A stretch of DNA of 63,494 nt, filler included, from Octopus bimaculoides (GCF_001194135.2; 5 parts of 5 records of this genome joined end to end with filler, not necessarily neighbours in it); one strand, 5' to 3'. Shown: positions 1-13,029, numbered from the whole stretch's first letter. The notes: generated by a model from the sequence alone, not told the origin. Numbers and translations: made by a program.

Positions 1-210
1 TATATATATATATATATATATATACATATATATATGTATACATATATATATATATATACGTCTATATATATATATGTATGTATGTATGTATATATATATA
101 TACATATATATATACGTCTGTATATGTATATACATATATATATACATACACACACACATATATATATATACACACATTTCCACATATAATATATATATAT
201 AAACACACAC

Positions 211-243
<33 letters not shown>

Positions 244-248
244 CATAT
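1..248. repeat. Compound (TA)/(TACA) microsatellite
   Basis: Direct reading; similar tracts at 9610-10232, 31115-31586, 38530-38660, 43080-43262, 61404-61710 and 63445-63494, usually abutting gaps. Confidence 0.95.
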
Positions 249-250
249 AA

Positions 251-652
251 TCATCATCGTCGTTTAACGTCCGCTTTCCATGCTCCAATCTGATCTGGCA
301 AAGTTTCTACAGCTGGATGCCCTTATAACGCCAACCACTCCAAGAGTGCAGGAGGTCTTGGTCACTAGTCACTGCATCGGTGAAGCCCAATGTTCGAAGG
401 TCGTGCTTCACCACCTCAACCCTAAGTCTTCTTGGGTCTACCTCTTCCACAGGTTCCCTCAGCTGCTAGAGTATGACACTTCTTCACACAACTGTCCTCA
501 TCCATTCGCAACACATGACTATACCAGCGCAGTTGTCTCTCTTGCACATACATCTGATGCTTCTTAAGTCCAACTTTTCTCTCAGGGTGCTTACACTCTG
601 TCCTGTATGCACACTGACACTGCACATCCAGCGGAGCATACGGGCTTCCTTC
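251..652 (-). mobile_element. RTE-clade LINE 3' end fragment (frameshifted)
   Basis: RMLRWMC...LREKL / ERQLRWYSHVLRMDEDSCVKKC..EGTCGRGRPKKT, the typical RTE ORF C-terminus, followed by a 3' UTR ending in (GAT)n-like repeats. Confidence 0.82.
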
Positions 653-777
653 CTTGCACATGTATACGTACAAAAAAAGTGTATGCAATATGTGTACGTA
701 GGTATGTGTTTTTGTGTGTGTGTCACTGAAGCAATTCACATACACATACGTACATACATTCATTGTTGGCACTCCGT

Positions 778-920
778 CGAGTGGGTACTACTCAAGCAGA
801 GCGGACCCGAACGCGCAGTCGCGCGTCCGCGCTAGCTAGTCGTGAGTGGTCGATCCTACGAAAAGTGCGCGCGAGCGCGCGCGCAAATGAATACGTGTGC
901 GCGTGCGCGCGTATGCAAAT
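778..920. promoter_or_regulatory. CpG-dense patch ending in an octamer motif ATGCAAAT (913-920)
   Basis: About 25 CpG in about 140 bp in an otherwise CpG-poor window; function unproven. Confidence 0.3.
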
Positions 921-1598
921 TAGTAAATAATTTCTTTTAAACAAAGTAAATAATTTTTTTAAAATTACTTTTTTCTTTTCTAAACAACGTAGATAGGTAG
1001 AAGGAATAAAAATAACACACTATCTGTTTTTGTTAACTTCATACATTTTTTTTTCTTTTAATTAAATTTTGTGAACAAAANNNNNNNNNNNNNNNNNNNN
1101 NNNNNNNNNNNNNNNNNNNNNNNNNNNNNNNNNNNNNNNNNNNNNNNNNNNNNNNNNNNNNNNNNNNNNNNNNNNNNNNNNNNNNNNNNNNNNNNNNNNN
1201 NNNNNNNNNNNNNNNNNNNNNNNNNNNNNNNNNNNNNNNNNNNNNNNNNNNNNNNNNNNNNNNNNNNNNNNNNNNNNNNNNNNNNNNNNNNNNNNNNNNN
1301 NNNNNNNNNNNNNNNNNNNNNNNNNNNNNNNNNNNNNNNNNNNNNNNNNNNNNNNNNNNNNNNNNNNNNNNNNNNNNNNNNNNNNNNNNNNNNNNNNNNN
1401 NNNNNNNNNNNNNNNNNNNNNNNNNNNNNNNNNNNNNNNNNNNNNNNNNNNNNNNNNNNNNNNNNNNNNNNNNNNNNNNNNNNNNNNNNNNNNNNNNNNN
1501 NNNNNNNNNNNNNNNNNNNNNNNNNNNNNNNNNNNNNNNNNNNNNNNNNNNNNNNNNNNNNNNNNNNNNNNNNNNNNNNNNNNNNNNNNNNNNNNNNG

Positions 1599-1894
1599 GC
1601 TGAGCACTCCACAGACACGTGTACCCTTAACGTAGTTCTCGGGGATATTCAGCGTGACACAGTGTGACAAGGCTAACCCTTTGAATTACAGGCACAACAG
1701 AAACAGGAAGTAAGAGTGAGAGAAAGTTGTGGTGAAAGAGTACAGCAGGTTTCGCCACCATCTCCTGCTGGAGCCTCGAGGATCTTTAGGTGTTTTCGCT
1801 CAATAAACACTCAAAACGCCCGGTCTGGGAATCGAAACCGCGATCCTATGACCGCGAGTCTGCTGCCCTAACCACTGGGCCGTTGCGCCTCCAC
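1599..1894 (-). mobile_element. SINE family A, 5' part (runs into gap)
   Basis: Homologous to 44681-45063. Confidence 0.85.
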
Positions 1895-3282
1895 TACATA
1901 CATACATACATAACTACCTCTCTCTTTTTCTGTGTCAATCACAAGTTCACTCACTAATAAAAGTAAATACACACGCACTTGAACATGTATGCCTACAAAT
2001 TTCATGTATACAACGGGTGTACGTACGTGTTTCGTGTATGCGTGAGTGTGTGTGTGTGTGTGTCACTGAAACCATTCATACATACATACATAACCTCTCT
2101 CTCTCTTTTTCTCTGTCAATCACTCACACATTCACTCACTACAAAGTAAATAAAAAAATGTCAGTTATCTCTCTCTCTCTCTGTGTTTCTTTCTCTCTCT
2201 CTCTCTGTTTTTTTTTCTCTCTCTCTCTGTGTTTCTTTCTCTCTCTCTCACATACACACACCAGCAACATTACTCTCCCTGTCTCTTCACACACTAACAA
2301 AAGAACTTCACATACACACCACACTTTATATATATAACACGAGAAAATAAACACAAACACGTAAAAACAATGAAAAAGTTCGATCTCATACTCACAAACA
2401 TAAATATAAGTATGTATCGTGATTACAGGTTTTGAAATTGTTATATATATATTTTGATCATAGGTAAAATGCAAAGAAGTGGGCTTTTGGCTAAGAGGAA
2501 AGTGTAATGTTTAAATCACTAAAATATAAGGACGAAATTTCAGACCGTATCTCGAAATTTGTGGTCATTCTTTACAATATACACCTTTATTCGTGTTGAG
2601 ATGTGGCCTGACATTACAGCAAAAAAAGAAACCCCGTTCTGGTTTAATTCCGTTTTATAATTATGACTGAAGTAAGGCTTAATATTAATTGTAGTATAAG
2701 GGAATCCAAAACACCAGCCAAAGTCTGACATGACAGTATCTATAATTTGAATAAATCGAATAATATGAATAAAGAAATAATAATAATAATAATAATAGTA
2801 AAAAGACCCTAAATTGTGAAAAAGGTTTATAAAACAAAAATGCAAGCTCGAATTCAGTTACATTATTCTAATCGTTTGCAAGCAGGTCAGTTAGGTGGGT
2901 CCTTGTCAAATAGTTAAAATATAAAAAGCTTCTGATTCAGCATGCATTATCAATTAAATATTATCTAATAATATTGAGAGAAGAATGAGGAAATACTCAT
3001 GGTTTCTCACTTACCATTAGCGATTACAAGTAAAGTGACACAGAATTCAAAGAGCGCGAAGTATATTGGTTTTCCCATCATAGTGTTTTAAGAATATACA
3101 TATATATCTTCCTCGTTAGTAACTTTTATCTATCTATTGACACACATCGATAAAACTAGGGCAGTGACTTCACCAGGAAAGTGAAATTGCGCATGTATCT
3201 ACGTTTTATATGTATTGCTATACCTGGTCACTATAGGTGTGTATTAGTTATATGCGTATGTATCTATATTTATAGCTATTTA

Positions 3283-4266
3283 GGTGGACATTGGAATTAG
3301 ACACTGAGGGAAAATGGCTGTAACTTTTTTATTTTTTAATTTTGACGATTTTCGTTTTCGATAATGTGTTCTATATGTCACGGTCATGCGATTCCCCCTT
3401 TTAAAAATTTTTGGACCACCCCCTCCCCTCCCCTCCCCCACACACGGGGGTGGCGATTTTCATTTTTGACATTGTGTTCTATATGTTCAGGTCGTACGAA
3501 TAGCCTTCTCGCAACTTAGATGTGAAAATGAACGGCTTACATTTATATTGAAACAGAAAAAGGATCATATGTGGAGTCTCCACCACGAAACTTGATATGC
3601 TAGAAATAACAGCTAAACGCGGACAATCCAAATCTTGCATTGGTCCAGATGGACTATATGTAAATAAATATGAAGGAAAAAATGCGCTTTGNNNNNNNNN
3701 NNNNNNNNNNNNNNNNNNNNNNNNNNNNNNNNNNNNNNNNNNNNNNNNNNNNNNNNNNNNNNNNNNNNNNNNNNNNNNNNNNNNNNNNNNNNNNNNNNNN
3801 NNNNNNNNNNNNNNNNNNNNNNNNNNNNNNNNNNNNNNNNNNNNNNNNNNNNNNNNNNNNNNNNNNNNNNNNNNNNNNNNNNNNNNNNNNNNNNNNNNNN
3901 NNNNNNNNNNNNNNNNNNNNNNNNNNNNNNNNNNNNNNNNNNNNNNNNNNNNNNNNNNNNNNNNNNNNNNNNNNNNNNNNNNNNNNNNNNNNNNNNNNNN
4001 NNNNNNNNNNNNNNNNNNNNNNNNNNNNNNNNNNNNNNNNNNNNNNNNNNNNNNNNNNNNNNNNNNNNNNNNNNNNNNNNNNNNNNNNNNNNNNNNNNNN
4101 NNNNNNNNNNNNNNNNNNNNNNNNNNNNNNNNNNNNNNAATTTCTTTTTAGGGGGAATCGCATGACCGTGACATATAGAACACATTATCGAAAACGAAAA
4201 TCGCCAAAATTAAAAAATAAAAAAGTTACAGCCATTTTCCCTCAGTGTCTAATTTCAATGTCCACC
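3283..4266. mobile_element. Non-autonomous DNA transposon with about 115-bp TIRs and 8-bp TSD (Merlin- or Mutator-like)
   Basis: TIRs 3283-3398 and 4151-4266 start GGTGGACATT; perfect direct repeat GCTATTTA at 3275-3282 and 4267-4274; interior partly gap. Confidence 0.85.
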
Positions 4267-4361
4267 GCTATTTACTTCTTTATACAAGTTTCGAATAGAT
4301 AATGTAAATAGGTGTAGCAAAATAAAAACGCAAGCCTGAATTCAGTTACATTGTTCAAGAT

Positions 4362-4709
4362 CAAGGATTCTAAACCATTTTTTAAAAGAATCTATGAACC
4401 CCTTTGATTACAGTTTTATTCTGGTGGACTCCCATAGCTATGCGGTGGTTAAATACTGGTTTTATAGAAACTTCTTTCAAAATTCCCATTTTGTTTTTCA
4501 CACATTAATTTGTGTAGGTTGAACAATGTTAGAAAAAGAAACTTAACTGTTTCTTGCAATACATACCAATGCATACATTTAAAGCAAAATTATTTCAGGG
4601 GCCCTTGAAATACTATTGTAGATCCCCGATTTACTATTTTGTTGCGTAGGCCCCTAAAAATCTTATATGAACCTTCAGGGGTCATATGGACCCGGGTTGA
4701 GAACCATGG
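4362..4709. mobile_element. Old hAT-type MITE
   Basis: Degenerate TIRs CAAGGATTCTAAACC / GGTTGAGAACCATGG; no TSD found. Confidence 0.4.
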
Positions 4710-6210
4710 TCAAGAAGCCCTAATCTCGATTCCATTGCTAGGCATTTGGATAAATATATATATTTTTTAAATCGTAGCTTCAGTATGTGAATGACTCAGT
4801 AGGCAAAAACGACGCGGAAACACGTCAGATTTATTACACCCGTTATTTAAAGCAAGTTTCGGCAAAATCTTTTGGAAATGTTTTTATGCCTTGAGCGGCA
4901 GAGTAAATAAAAAACGAAACAATGGTTATATACGGTTATAGAAAACAGCTAGATTAAGTAATTGTTTTTAAATGTCACTTGAATTTAATGAAAGAATTGG
5001 CACATTTAATGGCGTAAGGTCGGATTATGCTATAACACGATATGTTCAATACGAGAGAAAGTAATTTCGGCTGAAATATAAAAGTAACGAGTTCATTTAC
5101 TTTCTTCAACGAAAATAAATAAACGTTTCTTTTGTCATTCCTTCTTTTCTGAAATTCAATGATTCATGTAATCTATAATGAAGTAGCGTGTCAGAAACTA
5201 TTAACCTCTGTAGTTATATTATCATCTGGGAAGGTGATTTCGAATTTTGGCGCAAGACCAGCAAGTTAGGGAATGGGTTAAGTCGATTACATCAATTCCA
5301 GTGCTCAACTTTTATTAACACTGAAAGGATGAAAGGCAAAGTCAACTTCGGTGGAATTTGAAATGCCGCTAAGCATTTTCCCCATTGTGTTATGTTAGCT
5401 CGCTGCCTTACCGTTTAAAAATATTATGGAGGTGTACAAGCCAGGCAAGTGATTTGATTTCAGACCGTGAGTTGATACCGAAACAGTCAGTGTGTGGAAG
5501 ACGACACATGAGCCATTCAAAAGACTCTCAAGTACAGTTAACGTCACTGAAATATTTATCGGCAGGAGAACCAGGGGAGAAACCGCTTCGTGAAAAAAAA
5601 AAAAAAAAAAAAAAAAAAAAAANNNNNNNNNNNNNNNNNNNNNNNNNNNNNNNNNNNNNNNNNNNNNNNNNNNNNNNNNNNNNNNNNNNNNNNNNNNNNN
5701 NNNNNNNNNNNNNNNNNNNNNNNNNNNNNNNNNNNNNNNNNNNNNNNNNNNNNNNNNNNNNNNNNNNNNNNNNNNNNNNNNNNNNNNNNNNNNNNNNNNN
5801 NNNNNNNNNNNNNNNNNNNNNNNNNNNNNNNNNNNNNNNNNNNNNNNNNNNNNNNNNNNNNNNNNNNNNNNNNNNNNNNNNNNNNNNNNNNNNNNNNNNN
5901 NNNNNNNNNNNNNNNNNNNNNNNNNNNNNNNNNNNNNNNNNNNNNNNNNNNNNNNNNNNNNNNNNNNNNNNNNNNNNNNNNNNNNNNNNNNNNNNNNNNN
6001 NNNNNNNNNNNNNNNNNNNNNNNNNNNNNNNNNNNNNNNNNNNNNNNNNNNNNNNNNNNNNNNNNNNNNNNNNNNNNNNNNNNNNNNNNNNNNNNNNNNN
6101 NNNNNNNNNNNNNNNNNNNNNNNNNNNNNNNNNNNNNNNNNNNNNNNNNNNNNNNNNNNNNNNNNNNNNNNNNNNNNNNNNNNNNNNNNNNNNNNNNNNN
6201 NNNNNNNNNN

Positions 6211-6485
6211 NGCTCCACGAGGCTCGGCAGGGGATGGTGGCGAACCCTGCTGTATACTCTTTCACCATAACTTTCTCTCACTCTTTCTTCCTGTTTCTGT
6301 TGTACCTGTAATTCAAATGGTCAGCCTTGTCACACTGTGTCACGCTGAATATCCCCGAGAACTACGTTAAGGGTACACGTGTCTGTGGAGTGTTCAGCCA
6401 CTTGCACGTTAATTTCACGAGCAGGCTGTTCCGTTAATCGGATCAACTGGAACCCTCGACATCGTAAGCGACGGTGTGCCAACCA
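6211..6485 (+). mobile_element. SINE family A, 3' part
   Basis: Homologous to 44681-45063. Confidence 0.85.
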
Positions 6486-7157
6486 ACACGTGCTGTGTCA
6501 AGCTGATTCTGCTTGAGAATTACGTTAATTTTACCTGTATCTGTAGAATTAACGTAATACTCAGCAACTTTATTCTCTAATTCAGTGAGCAAATTAGTTT
6601 ATCGATCGAATAACAGAGCCGAAGTCAACGGAAATTCGTTTACTTTTTTAGAGGCCTTCCGTAGTTAGTTCGAAGTAAATTTTTTTGTGTTGTCCCAAAT
6701 CAATCGTAGTCGAAAAATATATGTTGAAAAGTATTCCAGTCGCGACAATACCGCCATTTCTATACTTTTTAATTCAGCCTTTATTTGTTGTGATTTACGA
6801 GTTTTGGCTACTATTTCCAGTCGGTTGAGAGACAATTTCAACTGCCGCATATTTCCTAAGACCTGACCCACCTGCTGATAAGATATGTTTGGTGTTAAAA
6901 AGAATGTTTGCTATCCCTGCAGTACGTCTGTTTGTTTTAAGCTCGCTTTGCAACCGCCACGTAGTTTCAGGTTCAGTCCCACTGCGCGGCACTGTGGGTA
7001 AGTGTTTTCTACTATAGCCCTGGGCCAACCACTGACTAATGTTAGGCTGAAACTGTGTGGAAGCTCGTCTTGTGTGTGCGCGCGCGCGAAGCTTTTTGTC
7101 TGGCGTGCTAACCACTCAGTCAGTTTGCCGTCATAACAACAACAAAATCGTCTGCAA

Positions 7158-7470
7158 CAGTATTACTCAAAGTGGTGGTCTGCGGACCGGTGCCAGTCTG
7201 CGGACCGGTGCCAGTCTGCGAACCATTAGCTGCCTGTACGCGGCAAGTTTCCAGAAAAGAAAGATTATAAAATGCTTATGTGATATTGTATTATTTGTTT
7301 ACAAAATAAATATAAGATAAAAAAAATTGTCGACTTTTAATATATTCAATATTAATATATTGTTTCCGGTATAAATTAATATTAGTAAGAAATATTATCG
7401 GTCCCCGGCACATTGTAAAAAGAAGAAAAAAACTGCCGGTACGCCACATCAGATAGTATAAGAAACACTG
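7158..7470. mobile_element. hAT-type MITE
   Basis: CAGTATTACTCAAAGTG...TAAGAAACACTG termini; internal 18-bp tandem duplication GTCTGCGGACCGGTGCCA; no clean TSD. Confidence 0.5.
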
Positions 7471-8098
7471 CATACACATTGCGCATAACCACCCCTTATT
7501 TACTATACACTACTTCTCTGCATCCATACCATCACATACAGAACTTACTACATAATACATGCACAAACATAACCAGAGTGAGTTGCGTGGTTTCATGTGT
7601 ATGTGCATATGCATGTTGTTTATATGTGTATATGTATATACTATCAATATCTATAAATCAATATCTATAAAACAGATGATGTTTGTGTGTGTGTGTACGT
7701 GAATGTGGTTTATGCACGTCCACAAATTAGCACGCATGTCGCTCAAATTTTAGGAGAAGATTCGGAATGACCCTTTGTGCATTTTAGTGAACTTTCTCTC
7801 TCAGAGGTACCCGCGTATACCTGTAAAAATCGATAAACTTTTACCAAATTTGAAGTTTGTTGACATGGCGAAGTCAAATCTGTGCGTACGCGCATGAAGT
7901 AGAGAGAGAGAGAAATTGTATGTTTGTGAGAGGGAGGGTGAAGGAGAACGACATTTTGTTTGCCAGCGTCTGTGTGTTAAGCAGCAAGCAAACAGAAANN
8001 NNNNNNNNNNNNNNNNNNNNNNNNNNNNNNNNNNNNNNNNNNTTAATTAATTAANNNNNNNNNNNNNNNNNNNNNNNNNNNNNNNNNNNNNNNNNNNN

Positions 8099-8132
<34 letters not shown>

Positions 8133-9782
8133 AAATGTTCTGAAAATAAAACAATGAAGAGGAATTTGTGGGAGGGTGGTATTCAGCACTAAAAAGCCAA
8201 ATTAATGCCTTAAAGTGCTGAGTTTGGAGGTTCTATTTGATAAAAATCCAAATTTAAAAAAAAAAAATCCAGCGATCCAGAGGGTTCATAAATGTTTTTG
8301 GAACCGACCTGTACTGACTGGACAAATGGGGGAATAGAAAGCAAACATGCTAACCCATCAGCACTTATGGTGACATTACCATTATTGTTTTCATCATTGT
8401 TGTACGACCCATTTGGGTTGGCGGCTGGTGTATTGGGAGTGCTAGTATTCTTGCTTTCTGTTTGCAACTGAGGGTCACGCAGCTATCTTCTGTAATTGTC
8501 CTGGTGTATTAGATGTGCATGTCTCTAATATACCCAACATAGATGAGAAGGTGGTGGAGAGAAAACTGTAAATCAAAGAACATTGTTCCACTAGGCCACC
8601 ATATAGCAGTTTTTTTTTGTTCAATTGCTCAATGTCTGTTATCCAGCCAAGCGTTTTAGGTACCAAAATTGTAAAACTCTTGAGCAATATATATATATAT
8701 ATATATATATAGGTATATTCTTTATTTGTGGATATACAATTCTACCATCAGTTTCATGCAATGCATCACAATTATCACTTAAAATATTGGTAATCCATTT
8801 CCTTTTGGATACAGCCACATAAGGTTACAAGAGACTTTGCGAGACTTGAAATGTTGTTTGGTGATATGGAGTGAAATACATGATATACTGATAAGAGGTG
8901 GTAACCCATAGTTGCATCATTAATTATGGAACACTTGATAATTGTAATGTTTCGCATGAAACCTCTGGTAACATTGTCTATCCACAAATAGAGAAAATAT
9001 TTATCTGCCAAATGTAGTGTTGAGTACACATTCTCATTATCATTACATTTGTATATACATATGTTTATATGTATATATAGGGATGGCCATGGTTGGAAAA
9101 TTATCAGGAATATATTATATTACCATGTAGCTAACACACCAGACATGTTTCATTCATGCATGTCTTTACCATGTTTTTTGATTGGCTACTTCCATGCCAT
9201 AGACTGCCAAATCAGGACAGTCTATGTGACCACTCTCCTCTTTGTCATTTCCTCCCTATCTAAATGAGAGTCACCAACTGACCAATCAGTCAATCATACA
9301 AAGTGGGAGGATATCTAACATACTGGATAGCAGCTTAAAAATCATGAGTTCCCGATCAGCTGCGATAAGTAAGTTATGAATTTGCACCAAAGATAAGACT
9401 AGCTGCCTACCCAGTGGGTAATTTAATCTCTCCTCTATTTAATATCAGGAAACTGTCTCTTTTAAGAAAAAATACCAAAAAAAAAAAGAAAGAAACCTAC
9501 AAAAATCTTATATAGGGCTTTTTGGCTGTTTTATATTGTATTTTACAACTAATCACTTATGTTGTAAACGAGTTCATATTAGCAGTGTGTTTTTTTTTTA
9601 ATTATTTACATGCATGTATATGTATGTATATATATATATATGTGTCTGTGTATATGTGTGTCTGTGTATAATATGCATATATATATTTTTGTATGTTTGT
9701 GTCTATGTGTGCATATATACATGTCTATATATATATGCATACATGTACATATGTGTGTGTGTATGTATATATTATATTATAT

Positions 9783-9829
<47 letters not shown>

Positions 9830-10195
9830 NNNNNNNNNNNNNNNNNNNNNNNNNNNNNNNNNNNNNNNNNNNNNNNNNNNNNNNNNNNNNNNNNNNNNNN
9901 NNNNNNNNNNNNNNNNNNNNNNNNNNNNNNNNNNNNNNNNNNNNNNNNNNNNNNNNNNNNNNNNNNNNNNNNNNNNNNNNNNNNNNNNNNNNNNNNNNNN
10001 NNNNNNNNNNNNNNNNNNNNNNNNNNNNNNNNNNNNNNNNNNNNNNNNNNNNNNNNNNNNNNNNNNNNNNNNNNNNNNNNNNNNNNNNNNNNNNNNNNNN
10101 NNTTATATTATATATATATATTTATATTATATTATATATATATATATATTATATTATATATATATATATATTATATTACATATATATATATATAT

Positions 10196-10235
<40 letters not shown>

Positions 10236-10769
10236 GAATTGCATTACTTTGTTCATATGATGAGTCTCTGCTGCCTCGTACTTGTACACTGTTGTACTCC
10301 ATGTACTTCATGTTCGCTTTACTTTCATTTTCGTAATACAATATCAGTGGTATTAAAAACCATTTCTATTAACTCGTTTTTCCTTCCTTTTTTTTTTTCT
10401 AACCTTCTAAACCGAGATAAAAACTGCAGATTTTTATAGTCAAAACAAAACAGGAAGATGTGACATTCACACCGTTCCTTCGAGCAGTGTCATCTTAAGG
10501 GCATAGACACACGTTTGTAGTTACCTGGGATACCCCTCACAGGTCTAGAGACCTGATTCTGAGCTCTGTACTTGCTGTCAATGAACACTACAGGATCCAG
10601 TGCATTAATTTGCCCAGGGATTATAATGCTGTGGAAGATGACCCCTGTCTTTGAGAGCATCAGTGATTGAGAAGTGAACTTGGGTGGATTTAAAAAATTA
10701 AATAATTAAGCTGCTAGGACGAAGTCCTTTTCTAATGGGGATTTTTATAGCTTTGCTATAACCCATGAA

Positions 10770-11080
10770 CACATATCTCTACTAATGCTTCCCAACCACA
10801 TAGTTCCGGGTTCAATCACACTGTGCAACACCTTGGGACAAATGTTTTCTGCTATATCCTCAGGCCGACCAAGGCCTTGTGAAAGAAACTGAAATAAACC
10901 TGTCATATGTATATATGTGTGTGTTTGCCCCCCACCATGCTTTGGCAACTGGTGTTGGTTTGTTTATTTCCCTGTGACTTAGCACTTTGGTGAAAGAGAC
11001 CAATAGAATAAGTACCAGGTTCTAGAATTCTCGAAGGCAGTGCCCCAGCATGATTGCAATCTTATGACTGAGACGGGTAG
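10770..11080 (+). mobile_element. SINE family B, diverged
   Basis: Homologous to 18247-18650; further fragments at 6940-7060(+), 17905-18035(-), 53017-53185(+) and 60105-60320(+). Confidence 0.75.
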
Positions 11081-11388
11081 AAGATGACAGGTGATATACC
11101 TGTCTCCTGTCTCCTCATAAGGCAGTGAGCTCAATCGTTTGCATGCTGGGCAAAATGCTTAGCGACATTTCATTCATGCTTATTCTGGGTTCAAATTCCA
11201 CTGAGATCGACTTTGTCTTTCATGCTTTGGGGAGGAGGTTTCTTTTTTTTTGAAACAAGTAGTCTTTTATTCCATATATTTTCAAAGACACAAAACTTGC
11301 AGACAATTTGTCAACAAAGAAATCACCATTTGTCACTTGTGATATTCACTAACTTGGAAAAACGGCCTCAAAAACAAGAAAACAAACA

Positions 11389-11431
<43 letters not shown>

Positions 11432-12339
11432 NNNNNNNNNNNNNNNNNNNNNNNNNNNNNNNNNNNNNNNNNNNNNNNNNNNNNNNNNNNNNNNNNNNNN
11501 NNNNNNNNNNNNNNNNNNNNNNNNNNNNNNNNNNNNNNNNNNNNNNNNNNNNNNNNNNNNNNNNNNNNNNNNNNNNNNNNNNNNNNNNNNNNNNNNNNNN
11601 NNNNNNNNNNNNNNNNNNNNNNNNNNNNNNNNNNNNNNNNNNNNNNNNNNNNNNNNNNNNNNNNNNNNNNNNNNNNNNNNNNNNNNNNNNNNNNNNNNNN
11701 NNNNNNNNNNNNNNNNNNNNNNNNNNNNNNNNNNNNNNNNNNNNNNNNNNNNNNNNNNNNNNNNNNNNNNNNNNNNNNNNNNNNNNNNNNNNNNNNNNNN
11801 NNNNNNNNNNNNNNNNNNNNNNNNNNNNNNNNNNNNNNNNNNNNNNNNNNNNNNNNNNNNNNNNNNNNNNNNNNNNNNNNNNNNNNNNNNNNNNNNNNNN
11901 NNNNNNNNNNNNNNNNNNNNNNNNNNNNNNNNNNNNNNNNNNNNNNNNNNNNNNNNNNNNNNNNNNNNNNNNNNNNNNNNNNNNNNNNNNNNNNNNNNNN
12001 NNNNNNNNNNNNNNNNNNNNNNNNNNNNNNNNNNNNNNNNNNNNNNNNNNNNNNNNNNNNNNNNNNNNNNNNNNNNNNNNNNNNNNNNNNNNNNNNNNNN
12101 NNNNNNNNNNNNNNNNNNNNNNNNNNNNNNNNNNNNNNNNNNNNNNNNNNNNNNNNNNNNNNNNNNNNNNNNNNNNNNNNNNNNNNNNNNNNNNNNNNNN
12201 NNNNNNNNNNNNNNNNNNNNNNNNNNNNNNNNNNNNNNNNNNNNNNNNNNNNNNNNNNNNNNNNNNNNNNNNNNNNNNNNNNNNNNNNNNNNNNNNNNNN
12301 NNNNNNNNNNNNNNNNTATTATTATTATTATTATTATTC

Positions 12340-12557
12340 AGGCGGTGAGCTGGCAGAATTGTTAGCACACCGGGCAAAATGCTTTGTGACATTTCGTCCA
12401 TCTTTGCATTCTGGGTTCAAATTCCACCAAGGTTGACTTTGCCTTTTCATCCTTTCAGGGCCAATAGATTAAGTACCAGTCAAGTACTGGGGTCCATGTG
12501 ATCGATTGCCCCCCTCCCCACAAATTACAGGCCTTGTGCTTATAGTAGAAAGGATTG

Positions 12558-12597
<40 letters not shown>

Positions 12598-12730
12598 GGT
12601 GATTGATTGACAGAATCAGTAGAACATTTGTGGTGTCTACTGGCATCTTTTAAACATTTCAAGGTCAACGTTGCCATTCATGATTTTGAGGTCAATAAAA
12701 ATAGAGTACCAGTCATATACTAGGATCAAT
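12340..12730 (+). mobile_element. SINE family C copy plus a degenerate second copy between (ATT)n tracts
   Basis: Homologous units; others at 5245-5405(-), 11120-11230(+), 13845-14195(+), 36943-37260(-), 39810-39905(-) and 59250-59375(-). Confidence 0.8.
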
Positions 12731-13029
12731 GTTAATCATGTGGGTGAACTGCAATCCATGGCACTTAACTGAAGAATGGCACACCTAATGGAAAATTACC
12801 TTGGATATTTTGTTTAGTAGTGCGGCACCCCTGACGGTGAGCCATGTCTCATGTGGCCCACTTCTCTAAAAATATTGCCCTTGCCTGATCTAAAACTTCC
12901 CTGAGATTTTGTGGCCTTAAGCGCCATGTAGGAAATCATTGGTATTGTTAAGGGCAGGAAGTGAGTTTGCTTGTATGGTTTATGTGTATGAAATGACAGA
13001 ATGTAATTGAGGCGAGTGTTAGAGGGATT

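Noticed and set aside
2540-2745. Minus-strand ORF with SDFGW and GVSFFAVMSGH suggesting a kinase exon
   Set aside because: DFG-to-GV spacing is too short, and APE and DxWS are absent.
5455-5495. CCGAAACAGTC resembling a minimal hammerhead stem III/GUC
   Set aside because: No CUGANGA core or stem I complementarity upstream.
8043-8054. TTAATTAATTAA centred in a 100-bp N block (also 36888-36899, 45972-45983, 53247-53258)
   Set aside because: Identical 12-mer with stops in all frames, placed symmetrically in fixed-size gaps; an assembler gap placeholder, not biology.
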